Below are positions 40,571 through 53,326 of a DNA stretch of 64,000 nt, piece after piece. Made by a program: the position numbers and the translations under genes. The stretch lies in contig NC_135813.1 in assembly GCF_964213995.1 (NCBI RefSeq), forward strand, positions 61,380,001-61,444,000, in the 5' to 3' direction. Each line of letters begins with the position of its first letter. Position 1 is the stretch's first letter. A model generated the notes under the pieces. The model was not told the DNA's origin. It did not search any database and was given only the letters and a program-made list of their open reading frames with translations. Origin of the DNA: Mustelus asterias (taxonomy: Eukaryota).

Positions 40571-41724
40571 CACTATCATAGACCTTCCTTTGACCCTGTC
40601 CCACCTATCCCTTACTCAAAACGTATTACAGAACATCAACACACCCACCTGGCTCTCTTTTATTAGTTCATGTTTTCCCAAGTGGCTATTAATTATCTCC
40701 CAGATTATTGTTTATAGATGGTCCAGAGTTCATTTGCACCTTTGCTTTCCATCTTTCCAACAACTTTGCCTCAACATGAAGATAGTGTGATTCACTGTGA
40801 TGCAGTTTGATGGACAAGTTGTCGCTAATTTGAACAATTGACAGCAAGTTTCGCCCAGACATTAATGTCATTGCTGCTCAGCTTGAAGGAGAGCTTCAGA
40901 GTGTCCTTGAAGCATTTTCTTTGTCCTCCCATAGAACGCTGGCCATTTAGGAATTGACAAAACACAGCAGGGGAGATGCTCTTTAGCAATCTGGAAACAA
41001 TCTAGTACACCAAAAGTTGATTTTGCACGGGTTTTGCCTGACAACTTGTGGAGCTGACATCAAGAATGACCCGAGCTTTTGTTTGACGATCCTTCCACTG
41101 ATACAGATAAATCTGGAGGAGGTATTCATGATGGAATTTATCTAGTACTCTCATGTGTTACTAATAAACAGTCCAGGTCTCACTGCAGTACACAATTGTG
41201 GCGAAAACAGCAGCTCAGCACACTAGGCCTTTTGTCGACTTGGGTAGGTGAGTGTTTGTTGTCAAACACTCACTGACATAGTTTAAAGAAGATGAGTTGG
41301 TGCCGCTGCTCAGGTGTTGGATATCCTCATCAATGGTGTCTTTATAACAAGGTGGCTGCCAAGGTATGGCAAGTACTCGACATATTTCAGAGTCTCTCCT
41401 TCAACGTATATGAGAGGTGGACTATTTGGCTCACCAGCTGTCAGTGGATTTCTTTGGTTTGTTTTGGCAGCATTCAATGAGAAGATGAGTTTTTTGTATG
41501 CAGACATGAAGAGATCAAGTGTGGTTTTCAAACCTGGTTCAGTATGGGAAACAACACTGCAGTCATCCACTAACTGTAGATATTGTATGTTTATGGTGGT
41601 CAGTTCGGTTTTGGCACAGACGATTATCTATCCAGCAAGCACCAGTGCTCCATGTGCATCAAATAATAGACATCACTTGCATCATTGACACAAATAATGA
41701 TATAATCCATGAGATGCCAATGTT

Positions 41725-43265
41725 TTGATTTGATTTTGATTTGATTTATTATTGTCACATGTATTGGGATACAGTGAAAACCATTGTTCCTTGTGAGCTA
41801 TGCAGACAAAGCATACCATTCATAGAGAAGGAAATGAAAGAGTGCAGAATGTAGTGTTATGGTCACAGCTAGGGTGTAGAGAAAGATCAACTTAATGAGA
41901 GACAGATCCTTTCAAAGGTCTGATGGCAGCAGAGGAGAAGCTGTTCTTGTGTCCATTGGTGTGTGACCTCAGACTTTTGTATCTTTTTCCCGATGGAAGA
42001 AGGTGGAAGAGAGGATGTCCGGGGTGTGTGGGGTCCTTAATTATGCTGGCTGCTTGCCGACGCAGCGGGAAATGTAGCCAGAGTCAATGGATGGGAGGCT
42101 GGTTTGCGTGATAGATTGGGCTACATTCATGACATTTTGTAGTTTCTAGTGGACTTGGGCAGAGCAGGAGCCATTTCAAGCTGTGATACAACCAGAAAGA
42201 ATGCTTTTTATGATGCATCTGTAAAAGTTGGTGAGAATCATAGCAGACATGCCAAACTTCCTTTGTCTTCTCAGAAAGTAGAGGTGTTGGTGGGCTTTCT
42301 TAACTATAGTGTTGGCATGGGGGGGGGGGAACCAGGGCAGGTTGTTGGTGATCTGGACATTTAAAAATTTGAAGCTCTCGACCCTTTCTACTTCATCCCT
42401 GTTGCTGTAGACAGTGGCATGTTCTCCTCTACACTTCCTGAAGTTAATGACTTCAATTTGTTGACATTGAGGGAGAGATTATTGTCACCGCACCAGTTCA
42501 CCATATTCTCTACCTCATTCCTGTGCTTTGTCTCATCATTGTTTGAGATCTGACCCACTAGAAATCATAGAAATCATAGAAACGCTACAGAGCAGAAAGA
42601 GGCCATTCAGCCCATCGAGTTTGCACCGACCACAATCCCACCCAGGCCCTACCCCCATATCCCTACATATTTTACCCACTAATCCCTCTAATCTACGCAT
42701 CCCAGGAACTAAGGGGCAATTTGTAGCATGGCCAATCAACCTAACCCGCACATCTTTGGACTGTGGGAGGAAACCGGAGCACCCGGAGGAAACCCACGCA
42801 GACACTAGGAGAATGTGCAAACTCCACACAGATAGTGACCCAAGCCAGGAATCGAACCCAGGTCCCTGGAGCTGTGAAGCAGCAGTGCTAACCACTGTGC
42901 TACTGTGCCGCCCTAAGGTGGTGTCATCAGCAAACTTGAAAATCGAGTTGGAGGGGAATTTGGCCACACAGTCATAGATGTATAAGGAGTATAGTCGGGG
43001 TCTGAGAACACAGCCTTGTGGGGTACCGATGTTGGGGATGATCGTGGAGGAGGTGTTATTGCCTATCCTCACTGATTGTGGTCTGTGGGTTAGGAAGTTC
43101 AGGATCCAGTCGCAGAGGGAGAAGTTGAGGCCCAGGCCACGGAGTTTGGAGATTAATTTCGTAGGAATAATGGTGTTGAAGGCAGAACTATAGTCAATAA
43201 ATTGGTGTTCCAGGGTTGAGTGCAGGGCCAGGGAGGTGGCGTCTGCTGTGGACCTGTTTTGATTC
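41725..43265 (-). mobile_element. Rex1/Babar-type LINE fragment nested in the RTE fossil
   Basis: [13 protein letters not shown]...[16 protein letters not shown]...GTPQGCVL...KFADDTT; (TTGAT)n tail on +. Shorter 3' fragments of the same family lie at about 27280-27660 (-), 31369-31750 (-) and 13405-13590 (+). Confidence 0.8.
42558..42914 (-). mobile_element. tRNA-derived SINE nested in the Rex/Babar fragment
   Basis: Interrupts the LINE immediately after FADDTT. Confidence 0.9.
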
Positions 43266-43868
43266 AGGATAGTTCCATATGGTGTAGTATTTGTACTTCT
43301 GGTAGAAAAGACTACTTGTTTTAATGAGAACATGCTGAGCCATTTGCATTGGCTTTTCCAACTCCGTTGTTCCCCATGGCTCCATTCTAGATACCAGAAT
43401 CACGGACAAGCCTGGCATTTAAGTTCCCCAGAAGGATGATGACACTAAAGGTTCCATCAAGGTCAGAATAGAACTTTTCCTTAAAATCTTCATTGGAGTC
43501 AAGGATGGTGGCACAAGCGTTGATTATGGCAGCATATTGGCTACATTGAGCTGTGGGTAAAATACCCTGAGTCATTCATTTATCAAATTGGGGGATTCTG
43601 GCAGTGCAGCCAAGATCTTATTGCAAATTACAAAACCCATGCTCGGGACATGAGAAATAAACACAATGCTGTGGACGCTAGAAACCTGAAATACAAACAG
43701 AAACCCTCAGTATGTCTGCCAACATCTGAGGAGAGAGAAACAAAGTTAACATTTCAAGTCAAATATGACTTTTCATTAGAATTGTAAAGTAAAAATGTAA
43801 TGGGTTATATGATGTCAAAAGGAGGAAGGAGGAGGGTAGAGGACAGAAGACATTACATGACAAAGGCA

Positions 43869-44147
43869 ACATGGTAGCACGGTGGTTAGCACTGGTGCTT
43901 CACAGCGCCAGGGATTCCCAGCTCGGGTCAATTCCCGGCTCAGGCCACTGTCTGTGTGGAGTTTGCACGTTATCCCCGTGTCTGCATGTGTTTCCTCCGG
44001 GGGCTCCAGTTTCCTCCCACATTCTGAAAGACATGCTGGTTAGGTGCATTGACCCGAACAGGTGCTGGACTGTGGCGACGAGGGGAATTTCACAGTAGCT
44101 TCATTGCAGTGTTAATGTAAGCCTTATTTGTGACTAATAAATAAACT
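43869..44147 (+). mobile_element. tRNA-derived SINE, alternative-tail subfamily
   Basis: A/B boxes; ends ctaataaataaac. Confidence 0.8.
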
Positions 44148-44339
44148 TGATGTCGTGAAACAAAAGGCAAAGGGAGTAGCAATGGTTGCAAGTAAAGGAA
44201 CAAAGCATTTGTCCAGAGTCAGCGTAATGCCAGAAAATGCAAAGCTCTGTCCACAAAAGAAAACACAAACACAAGATTCAAACTGGCACAAGATGGAAAT
44301 AAGAATCAAAATGGAATTCAGAGTTCATGGTCTGAAATT

Positions 44340-45920
44340 GTTGAACTCAGTATTGAGTGATGAGTTTGTACAGTGCCTAATTGCAAGTTTCATTAAACAG
44401 ATGCCCAACCAGTCCACAACCACTGCCAATTTCCTCCATCTGGCTGAACCCATTCCCTCATTGAATAATTTCTCCTGTAAGTTGTCTCACCTCCTCCAAA
44501 TAATAGGTATTGGAGTAGGCACCCGTATAGGTCTTAGTTATGCCAGTCTTTTTCTTAGAGTATGTAGAACATTCCTTGCTCTAGTCCTACACAGCCCCCC
44601 TCCCACAACTCTTTTTCAGTGCATTATGAGTATATTGTGCTGGGGTTGGAAAACTTCATCAATTTTGCTTCCTACTTCCACACTTCTTTCACATTATATG
44701 ATCCATCTCCAGCATTTCCCTTCCCTTCCTCAACTTCTCTGTCATCATTTCTGGGTATGGGTTGTCTATTAATTATTACAAGCTCATGAACTCACACAGC
44801 TACCTCAATTAACACTTCCTCAGACCCTGTATTAAAATTCAGCCAAATGCCAGTTTCCCATCACCAACACCTTTTATTGTGCATCGAAGGAAAGGATCAC
44901 GCCTGTGACTTACAGTCAGGTAGTCTTCACCTCGGGACCTAAAACAACGGCCCGGGTAGAGTAACAGCTATAAAAACCCCTGCTGGCTGCTCCCCATTGG
45001 GCGAGCCTCCTCTTGCTCAATAAGGCAGCTCCTACTCCATGAAGCCTAAGGAGAGATCTATTGATGATGGCCTGTTGCCTTCATGGCCATCATAACACCC
45101 TGTTTCCTGTAAGGACTCCATTCAATTCCCACAATTTCTCATCTCCATCAAATCTGTTCTGATGAAGCTACCTTTCGCTACAGTCTTTCTGATATGTCTT
45201 CCTATTTCCTCCAGCGAAGGTTTCCCTTTACTGTCAGGGTTCACAGGGTCTTCAACCATAGCTGCCCCATTTCCCATACTTCTACAATCACAACATCCTC
45301 TCCTTCCCATGACCACAATATGGTTTCCCTTGTCCTTGTTTCACACTGCACAGCTGCCCCATTCAAACCATCATCCTCAGGCATTTCCACCATCTCTGGT
45401 GCGATGCTACGACCTCTACCCTTTCAGTATTTCAAAGGGACAATTCCATCCATGATACTCTGATCCACTCCTCAATAATGCCACACCCAACACCTGACCC
45501 CCTTCCCATGGCACCTTCCCATGCACTCACAGCAGGTGAATCAGCTTACCTTTTATCTCCTCTCTCCTCCATGATCCCAAACATGTCTTCCAGGTGTGCA
45601 GCAATGATTAAGTGTATTTCTTTCAATTTAGTATATTGCATTCACTGCCCCCACTGTGGTCTCCTCTATAACTGGGGAGACCAAGCATACATTTCGTGAC
45701 CACTTTCCAGAACACCTCCAAGCCACAAGTATGATTCAAAGCTCTTGTTTGCCATTTTAATTCAACTCTCACACTCGCATCCCTGGGCCTGCTGCATTGC
45801 CCCAGCCAAGCTCAACACCAGATCGACGAACAGCACCTCATCCTCCGATTAAGCACTTTACAACCTTCTGGATTCAACATTGGGTTCAACAATTTCAGAC
45901 CATAAACTCCGCCTCCCATT
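44340..45920 (+). mobile_element. Decayed Penelope-like element
   Basis: GIGVGTRIGLSYASLF (PLE RT G.AMG...P.YA.LF motif) and CISFNLVYCIHCPHCGLLY (GIY-YIG). Confidence 0.75.
44828..45097. mobile_element. Probable solo LTR inserted in the Penelope-like element
   Basis: TG...CA ends, flanked by ccc on both sides; the host sequence resumes directly after it. Confidence 0.5.
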
Positions 45921-46174
45921 TTGCCTTTCATTTTTTTCTGCCAGGTGCCAATTTGAATCGTATTTCTGTGTTTTTGATTTTGGGCAGGGCTGTTAATTAT
46001 TCTGACATTTACACTCACTCTGGATAAATGATTTGTCTCAAATAAAAACAGGAAATGCTGGAAAAATTCAGCAGGCCAGGCAACATCTGTGGAGAGAGAA
46101 AGAGTGTAAACATTTATTCTGTTTCTCTTTCTACAGACGCTGTCAATCCTGCGGAGATTTTTTTCCAACATTTT

Positions 46175-46462
46175 CACAGAATCATACAGTGCAGAAGGAG
46201 GCCATTGGGTGCACAGACCACAATCCCACCCAATACCTATCCCCATGCATTTACCCTAGCTAGCCCTCCTGACACTAAGGGGCAATTTACCGTGGACAAT
46301 CCACCTAACCCGCATTTTGGGAGGAAACCGGAGCATCCGGCGGAAACCACGCAGGCACGGGGAGAATGCGCAAACTCCACACAGACAGTGACCCAAGCTG
46401 GGAATCGAGCCGGGCCCCTTGCGCTGTGAGGTAGCAGTGCTAACCACTGTGCCACCATGCCG
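46175..46462 (-). mobile_element. tRNA-derived SINE
   Basis: Same family motifs. Confidence 0.85.
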
Positions 46463-47711
46463 TCTATTTCTATTTTAGATTTCCAGCATCTGCAGCATTT
46501 TGCTTGTATTCAAATGATCTGTCACTTTAGTGCAACCATTGCTATTCATTTTTAACCTTGTTATTTCAGCCCTCCCGCTCTATCCCAAACTTTTCCTTTT
46601 CTTCTTCCTCTTCTGCTCCGACGGATTAAAAACCCATCCAGTTACTACTTTCTGAAAACGTTCTTTAAAAATAAGCCTTATTCGGCTCAGAACTGTTTCT
46701 CTCTTCAGGGATCCTGCCAGAGGCTCTGAGTGCGTCTAACAATTCATGTGCATGCACAGGAGGGTTGCTCCTATGTTTTCCTCCCCAGCTTGTTCCTTCA
46801 GCTGTCCCTTTCCAGGTAGGTGGTTCTCTCACTGAGGGCAGCAATGCCAGTTTAGAACTTCCATAGCTTACCATATCATTGTAGTTCCCTTGAGACTCCC
46901 CATGAATGCTCGAATGGTCCAAGTTGCAAAATGGAAAGTTTCATTTCTTTGACCACGAAGATGAGTGTGGCGCCCTAGCCGGGAGAAAGTGGCATAACCG
47001 CATACCAGGTGTCTTGAAAGAAATAGAACCAGACCGCAAAAAAATACTCTAATGGTATTGTTCACACCCGCGGACCCCGACAACGAAATCGTATCTGTGG
47101 GGAGCTGGGGGAAAAGAGGAACGCAGAGACTCCAATTCAGATATGGTCACTGTTCCACAATTATCCTGAAGGCAGATGTATTCTCGAGGCTCACTTTCTT
47201 GTACCAGCTACTGCGTGCCCCCTCCCCCCCCCCCCCCCCCCCGCCGGCATTAACCCTTCATTACTGTCTGTGTGACTGGCAGGAACTGAGAGGAGTAATG
47301 CATTGTCATTGAGCGGAATGTTCCAAACCGCCTCTCTGGGCTTATCTCCCACCAGAATCTATATTTATTCATCTACTCACAAAGGGAGGACTTTCGTAGT
47401 TTCAATTCGACGCAGCAATTAATTTTGATTTTACCGACAATTATGGAAAAAAATTACCTTTCGTTAAACTGGATTTATTTTGGCCTTTCATTCAATCTTT
47501 CTCTAGGTGCGTTTGGACCAATTGGAACTTATCAATCATGCAACAATTAACCAGGGCTGAATGTGAAGGGTAAAGGAGAGGAATCAAAGCCTCTTTGATT
47601 ATCTTTCTGCACTGCAGCAGTCGGTGCTGGATATCACAACTTTCAACGTTGCTCCTTGCGGTGGGCATCAGTTTATCTGATAATACTCAGCAGCAGTATT
47701 GTGCTTCAAAA

Positions 47712-47770
47712 CCCACGCGTAACTAACAAGCGGCGGCGGCGGGTTATCTGCAAACTCCCCACGCCCCACA
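47712..47770 (+). promoter_or_regulatory. Putative TATA-less GC-rich promoter of the receptor gene
   Basis: GCGGCGGCGGCGGG run and CCACGCCCC (Sp/KLF-type box, 47759-47767) just upstream of the start codons. Confidence 0.35.
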
Positions 47771-47873
47771 TCCGCATGGAGCCGTGAGAAAGATGAACAG
47801 AAGACGAGTGTCTCAACCTCTGTTGACTCTTACAAATCTTAATACTGGTGTTCTCCGGTGTCGTCTCCTTAAC

Positions 47874-48291
47874 ATGAAAACCCTGACATTAATATGGATT
47901 CACATGTCGAGTTTCTGGCCAGTCTGGATGCTGAGTGTCGCTGAAGGGATTCGGATTGTCCAGAGCCCAGATGTTCTCGTTGTGACCGAAGGGGGTACAG
48001 CAAATTTGACCTGTGAGTATTCTGCTGCTGAAATTCAGGACTTTGAAGTCAACTGGATCCACCAAACAATACATCAAACTAATCAGACCTATATTTTTTA
48101 CGTGGGCAATTACAAGGGAAATCGATCAATTCAAGTGGTACATACAAATGACCAAAATCGAAATGTATCCCAGATATTCATGACCCAACTTCAGGTGGGA
48201 GACAGCGGCGTATATTATTGTGAATTCATGATTCTCAGCGCACCGTCCAATGAAAGTATGAAGGGGAATGGAAGCAATTTGACAGTTACAG
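47874..48291 (+). CDS. IgSF receptor exon 1: signal peptide plus single VJ-type V domain (CD28/CD28H/NKp30-like)
   Basis: MKTLTLIWIHMSSFWPVWMLSVAEG|IRIVQSP...ANLTC...VNW...LQVGDSGVYYCEF...KGNGSNLTVT; J-like GxGxxLTV strand in the same exon; phase-1 donor G|GTAGG at 48292; an in-frame upstream ATG also exists at 47793. Confidence 0.9.
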
Positions 48292-48771
48292 GTAGGCCCT
48301 GTTTTATATGTTTCAAAATGTGGCAGTATTTGTTTTTAATTCTTATTTTATGGAACATGGGTCGCTATGGCAAGGCCAGCATTTGTTGCCCATCCCTAAT
48401 CGCCCTTGAACTGAGTGGCTTGCTAGGCCATTGCAGAGGGCAGTTAAGAAGAGTCAACCACAATGCTGTGGGTCTGGAGTCACATGTAGTCCAGAGCAGG
48501 TCAGCAAGGTAAATGTCGTTCCTTAAAGAACATCAGTGAAACAAGTGTTCTTTTTACAGGAATCAACGATAGGTTTCATGGTCACCATTACTGAGACTAA
48601 CTGATCAATCCATCACATCACTACATTCATGACCAAGTCCTTATTAGTGATGTGATGGTAACATACAAACCAGAATCAGGAGTAGGCCATTCGGCCCTTC
48701 GAGCCTGTTCTGACATTCATTTTGATCATAGCTGATCATTAAATTCCATATCCTGATCCCACCTTCCCTCC

Positions 48772-48958
48772 ATATGCTCAACATGCAACTAGTTTCAGTG
48801 AATACATATGGACAATCTGAATCCAATTGTACTTCAATAAAAGCAAAATACTACGGATGCTGGAAATCTGGATATGTTCAAAATGCAACTGGTTTCAGTG
48901 AATAAATGTGGATAATTTGCATCCAAGTGTACTTCAATGAAAGCAAAATACTGCAGAA
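48772..48958 (+). repeat. About 100-bp diverged tandem duplication in receptor intron 1
   Basis: atatg.tcaa.atgcaact.gtttcagtgaata...gtacttcaat.aaagcaaaatact occurs twice, 100 nt apart. Confidence 0.8.
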
Positions 48959-50192
48959 ATATAAACATAAAGTGCTGGAAAAAATCATCAGTCAAGCAGC
49001 ATCTGTGGAGAGAGAAACAGAGTTGGACAATTGTTTCGAATTCGTATGACTCTTTTTCAGAGTCATAGGGACTCTTCTGTTCCTCTCTCCTCAGATGCCC
49101 CCAGACCTATTGAGTTTTTCCAGCATTTTCTGTTTTATTTACAATTTTACTTCGCATTGATTCAGTAATTCGCAGAGATGCGGTTAGCGTGTCAGCAGCA
49201 TTTTAGCCTAAACGTATGTTCTGATATTTATTACAGTCCCGTTCATCATTTCCACATCAAGTTGTAAATGGTTAGATAGTACCTTTCCAACAATTATTCT
49301 GTTCCTCGCAATTTCATTTCGAAATCAGGATTTGCACCACCTCCTCGGCCCGTGAGGGAATTGTGACTGTCAAAACTTCATTCTAAGTTTGGAGAGTAAC
49401 TGTGTTGGTGACAAGTGGTCATCCACCCCAATAGATCTGAGATTCCCATTGATATCCCTCGGAGGAAGTTGTGATCTCTAAACTAAGATGGAGAAGAATG
49501 TCGAATCCATCATGTGTAAATATGTGGTCGTAAACAAGCAGAACTATATTTAATCCATAATTGTGTTGATATTTTCAGAACATAACTTGGAATGTTGGGT
49601 TTTACTGAGGTCATTGTTGACCTTATGCTATTTACCTGATTGTGGCTCCACAAGTATTTTCAGGGGAAACAACCCTAACATAAGCAATTGGTGTCACAAA
49701 CCAATAAGAATTAATGTGTCCGTTAAATTATCTCTCCAAAATCCTGCCCCGTATTCTTCATTTCTATCCGCCTCAAATGAAGACGAACAGTCGGCAGCAA
49801 ACTTGAATTATGGCTGTCCAATTACGATATTGGATGATCAACACTCAACTTGCTGCAACTTCGTCGGTCAGAATTTTTGGAATAAATCTTTTAATTTTAA
49901 ATAGGATAACACGTCCGCAAAGCAGCCGAGAGGGGAAATACAGGCTAACATCCCAGCGGAACCTCAAAGCCCCGGTGTTATACTCTGCGTTTGAACCATG
50001 TAATTAAAGGATATATTGTAAAGGAACCCATTAAGAAATACATGCCTGGGGTTATCTCACAGTGAGAGATGCAATGGCAATAATTTCTCTTGTGCATGTT
50101 CTCAATTCAAATCATGTAAGTCGAAGGATATATTGCTTGGCAGAGATTTTTTACTTCCAATTGTGTTAAATATGTACAAATTTATTTTATAG

Positions 50193-50300
50193 AACATAAT
50201 TCCTGGAGAAACAAACATTCGTGGTCTTATCTGCTGATTTTTCTATTAGTAAATTTATGCGGTATTTTGCTCGTGGCTATATTCCGCTGGAAAACGAAAC
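50193..50300 (+). CDS. IgSF receptor exon 2: stalk plus transmembrane (EHNSWRNKHSWSYLLIFLLVNLCGILLVAIFRWKTK)
   Basis: ttttatAG acceptor, GTGAGT donor, 108 nt, phase 1-1; about 20 hydrophobic residues followed by a basic stop-transfer. Confidence 0.88.
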
Positions 50301-51042
50301 GTGAGTATTATACTTTCATTGGCACCGTTAGGTGTGTGATTATACAACTTTCATTATAAATATCAAACAATCTCATCAATTAATATCATGGTGTGTCTTT
50401 TCACTATGTTGTTCTTGGACATAAAATGATACCGAATCACAGAGAGATGCTGCTGGAATGTATTGATGGAGACTTTCATGTGGTAACCAGAATTTATCAA
50501 GATTTATATTTGCAGTATAGCTTTCATAACATTTATCAGTGAAAAAAATCAGTTTAACACATGAAATTCTACAGATCCTAATTTAATTTTTAAAGTTCTA
50601 CTTTGGCCTAATTCACCTAAAAGAATTACCCAATGCAGTATACCCAAGATTCAATTCGCAATCTCTGGTCATACCCACTATTTAAACAATAGTGACATTC
50701 TCTTGCTTACAAAAGCGCATCAGCTGTCGTGTATCACAGGATAATCCTTACCTATGTCCGTATTACTATGTGTACCTGTAACCCTCACTCCTACCCTCAG
50801 CAGATGTTTGTTTGCCCTTTTTAAGTTCCCTTTTTCCTTGGAGTTTGTTCGCGTGCTCTGCGCTTTAAATAGTCCTTCGTGTCTTCCACTTCTCGGCTCA
50901 TGGTCGCTTACATTTCCATTATATCTGTGTCTCGGCAGTTTAAGACCTAGATTTTAACCCAATTTCCTTTGCTAAATGAAAATAGATTGAGCTGTCCAAA
51001 ACTGCACCCTCAGACTGGATATTTCAAAATGAAGTCGGAGGT

Positions 51043-52030
51043 CACGGTGGCACAGTGGTTAGCACTGCTGCCTCACAGCAGTAGGGACCCGGGTTCGATT
51101 CCCGGCTTGGGTCATTGTCCTTTTTTTTTAGGTCAAACCAAACCAAGTAAACAAACTCAGATTAAATCAGGACAAAGTAAAAGGGGCAGCTCCCCAAAAA
51201 GGAGGGGGAACAGCCCGAACAGAAATCAAAGTACAAAGGAAACTTAAAAACATCAAATTAAAATGTGATTATTAGGGTCAATAATGCACCCCAACCCCTG
51301 CGGTGCCCAGCGGGCGCGGAAAGCGTCAACCTCGCCCGTGGACACCGCATGCTCCCTCTCCAGGGACACCTGGCCGTGAACGTAGCCGCGGTAGAGGGGC
51401 AGACAGTCAGGATGGACAGCCCCCTCGATCGCCCGCTGCCTGGACTGGTAAATGGCGCGTTTCGCCAGGCCCAGGAGCAGGTTCACGAGGAGGTCGCCAT
51501 CCTGACCCTCCCCTCTCCGCACCGGGTGTCCGTAGATCAGGAGCGTGGGACTGAAGTGCAGACAAAACATCAACAAAAGGTTCTTCAGGAAAACATAAAG
51601 GGAGTGCAGCCTAAGACACACAACATAGACATGGTCCAGGGACTCCACAAGGCCACAGAAAGGGCAGTCTTCGGAGCCCGTGAACCAGTGAATCCTACCG
51701 TTGTGCGGAACTGCTGCATGCATCACCCTCCACCCCAGGTCCCCGACGTAATTGGGGGAGATCCCTCCATAGAGGGACCTCCAGCGGGGACCTCCGCCGC
51801 CCAGCGGCGCTTGGGTCATTGTCTGTTTGCACGGTCTCTCCATATCAGCATGTGTTTCCTCTGGGTGTTCCGGTTTCTTCCCACAGTCCAAAGATGTGCA
51901 GGTTAGGTGGATTGGCCATCCTATAATTGCCCCTTAGTGTGAGGGGGACACTAGGTTACGGGGATAGGGTGGGATTGTGATCGGTGCAGGACTCGATGGG
52001 CCGAATGGCCTCCTTCTGCATTGTAGATGT
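51043..52030 (+). mobile_element. tRNA-derived SINE split by the Tx1 insertion (receptor intron 2)
   Basis: Head 51043-51119; body resumes at 51809. Confidence 0.85.
51120..51808 (-). mobile_element. 5'-truncated Tx1-type (L1 clade) LINE inserted in a SINE
   Basis: WRSLY...DLGWRVMH...CPFCGLVESLDHVYVVC zinc-knuckle C-terminus; A-rich 3' end; exact 15-bp TSD GCTTGGGTCATTGTC (51105-51119, 51809-51823). Confidence 0.85.
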
Positions 52031-53276
52031 CTAAGTTAGATATAGTTAACGGGATCTAGGGATACGAGGGGAAAGGCGGAATCGGGGCATTGAATTTGAT
52101 AATCAGCCATGATCAAAATAAATGGCGGAGCAGGCCATTCGAAGTCCGAATGGCCTACTCCTGCTTCTATTTTCCATGTTTAATCAAGTTGTCTATCTGT
52201 CCAACCCGATACAGCAATATACACATGGTTAGAATAGGTTGTTCGACTTGTCCCGTCAATAACTGGAAAATATTTGCGCTCAAGCACTTTTCTTTTTCAA
52301 GGATTGTAGATGAATGACCTTTTGTGGATCATTTAAACGTTTACCACGTGTCCAATTGTATTATTTTAATACACATGTTAAAATGGGGCCTGGTTACTCC
52401 CTGGAAGTCGAGTGTTTTTTCCCCATAAAAGGTACTGCGCCTACCTGGCTCCATGGTTTCACGGTCGTGGTAAAATTAGACCGATTAATGATCTCCACAT
52501 TTGTCTTATTTTTATTCCAATTTAGCTTATATTTATTTACACTAAATTCCAAATCATAGCTTTGGACCATCTGTTCCAATGGTTTGCAACTGTAAGAATT
52601 CTTATTTCTCCTTATGCACAATTTGTACATTAATATTGCAGCGTTTGCGTACAGCTGGACTGGGTTAGGTGTTTCGGTGTGAATAGCATTGCACTATATG
52701 TGATCCAACGCTGCTATAATTGTCCTGTGTATGGTCGGCCGTGTTATCTGTAATATTACAGGTATCTTGACTTGTCCTTATCCTGTAGATAAGGGTGTAT
52801 AGTGTAGATACTGGTCCAAATAGAGATATATCGCTAGCATAACAGCCCAAATAACAGTATAACAGCATAAATGCATTTAGTCGCTTTCTCAAATACTATT
52901 CGTTGAAAATATTGTCTCTTAACGCCTTGTAAATCGCATTGATTCTAAGATAAATCTAGTATAACTGTCCTTCCGTGAGTTACAGTCTTTAACCATTGTG
53001 CACTCATTCCACTCATTTACAATTGAGTAAAAATGATCTTAATTCAGGTCTCAAAGTAACGTTGCTCCATGTTTTGTATCGTTTTTGGATAAAAAATGCT
53101 TGCGTTTCTAGTTTATAAAAGATTCTGTTGACGATAACACAGAGACACATTCTCAGTTTCAGAGCGATGCAATGCACCAAATTCTGTTTTCTTCTCCCTG
53201 ATTTTCGTTTAGTTACAGATTTGGCACAACAGGAATCTTTGACATGTTGTCATTTTCCGTTGTTTTGTCATTCCAG

Positions 53277-53326
53277 GAAAGCAATTAGTTGAATACAGCG
53301 CCCAGTCTACCGAGACCATCCCAGAG
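53277..53326 (+). CDS. IgSF receptor exon 3: cytoplasmic (RKQLVEYSAQSTETIPE)
   Basis: Polypyrimidine tract + ttccAG acceptor, GAG|GTACTG donor; 50 nt, converting phase 1 to the phase 0 required by exon 4. Confidence 0.72.

Larger units (their letters stand above)
40740..46950 (-). mobile_element. Ancient RTE-clade LINE broken into three pieces (about 46690-46950, 43280-43640, 40740-41700)
   Basis: On -: FATWTIR, IAALSE, LPGKGQLKEQAG (endonuclease N-terminus); KEKFYSDL...IILLGNLNARL (endonuclease); DDCSVVSH...LNAAKT...YLPYLGS (RT); in the expected order. Confidence 0.7.

Noticed and set aside
48292-48512. C-terminal extension of ORF 47784-48512 (hydrophobic stretch after the V domain)
   Set aside because: Lies past a good phase-1 donor and runs into repeat-derived sequence; treated as intron, though an intron-retained isoform cannot be excluded.
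48915-48922. Perfect octamer ATTTGCAT in receptor intron 1
   Set aside because: Present in only one unit of a tandem duplication; an 8-mer is expected by chance in 64 kb.
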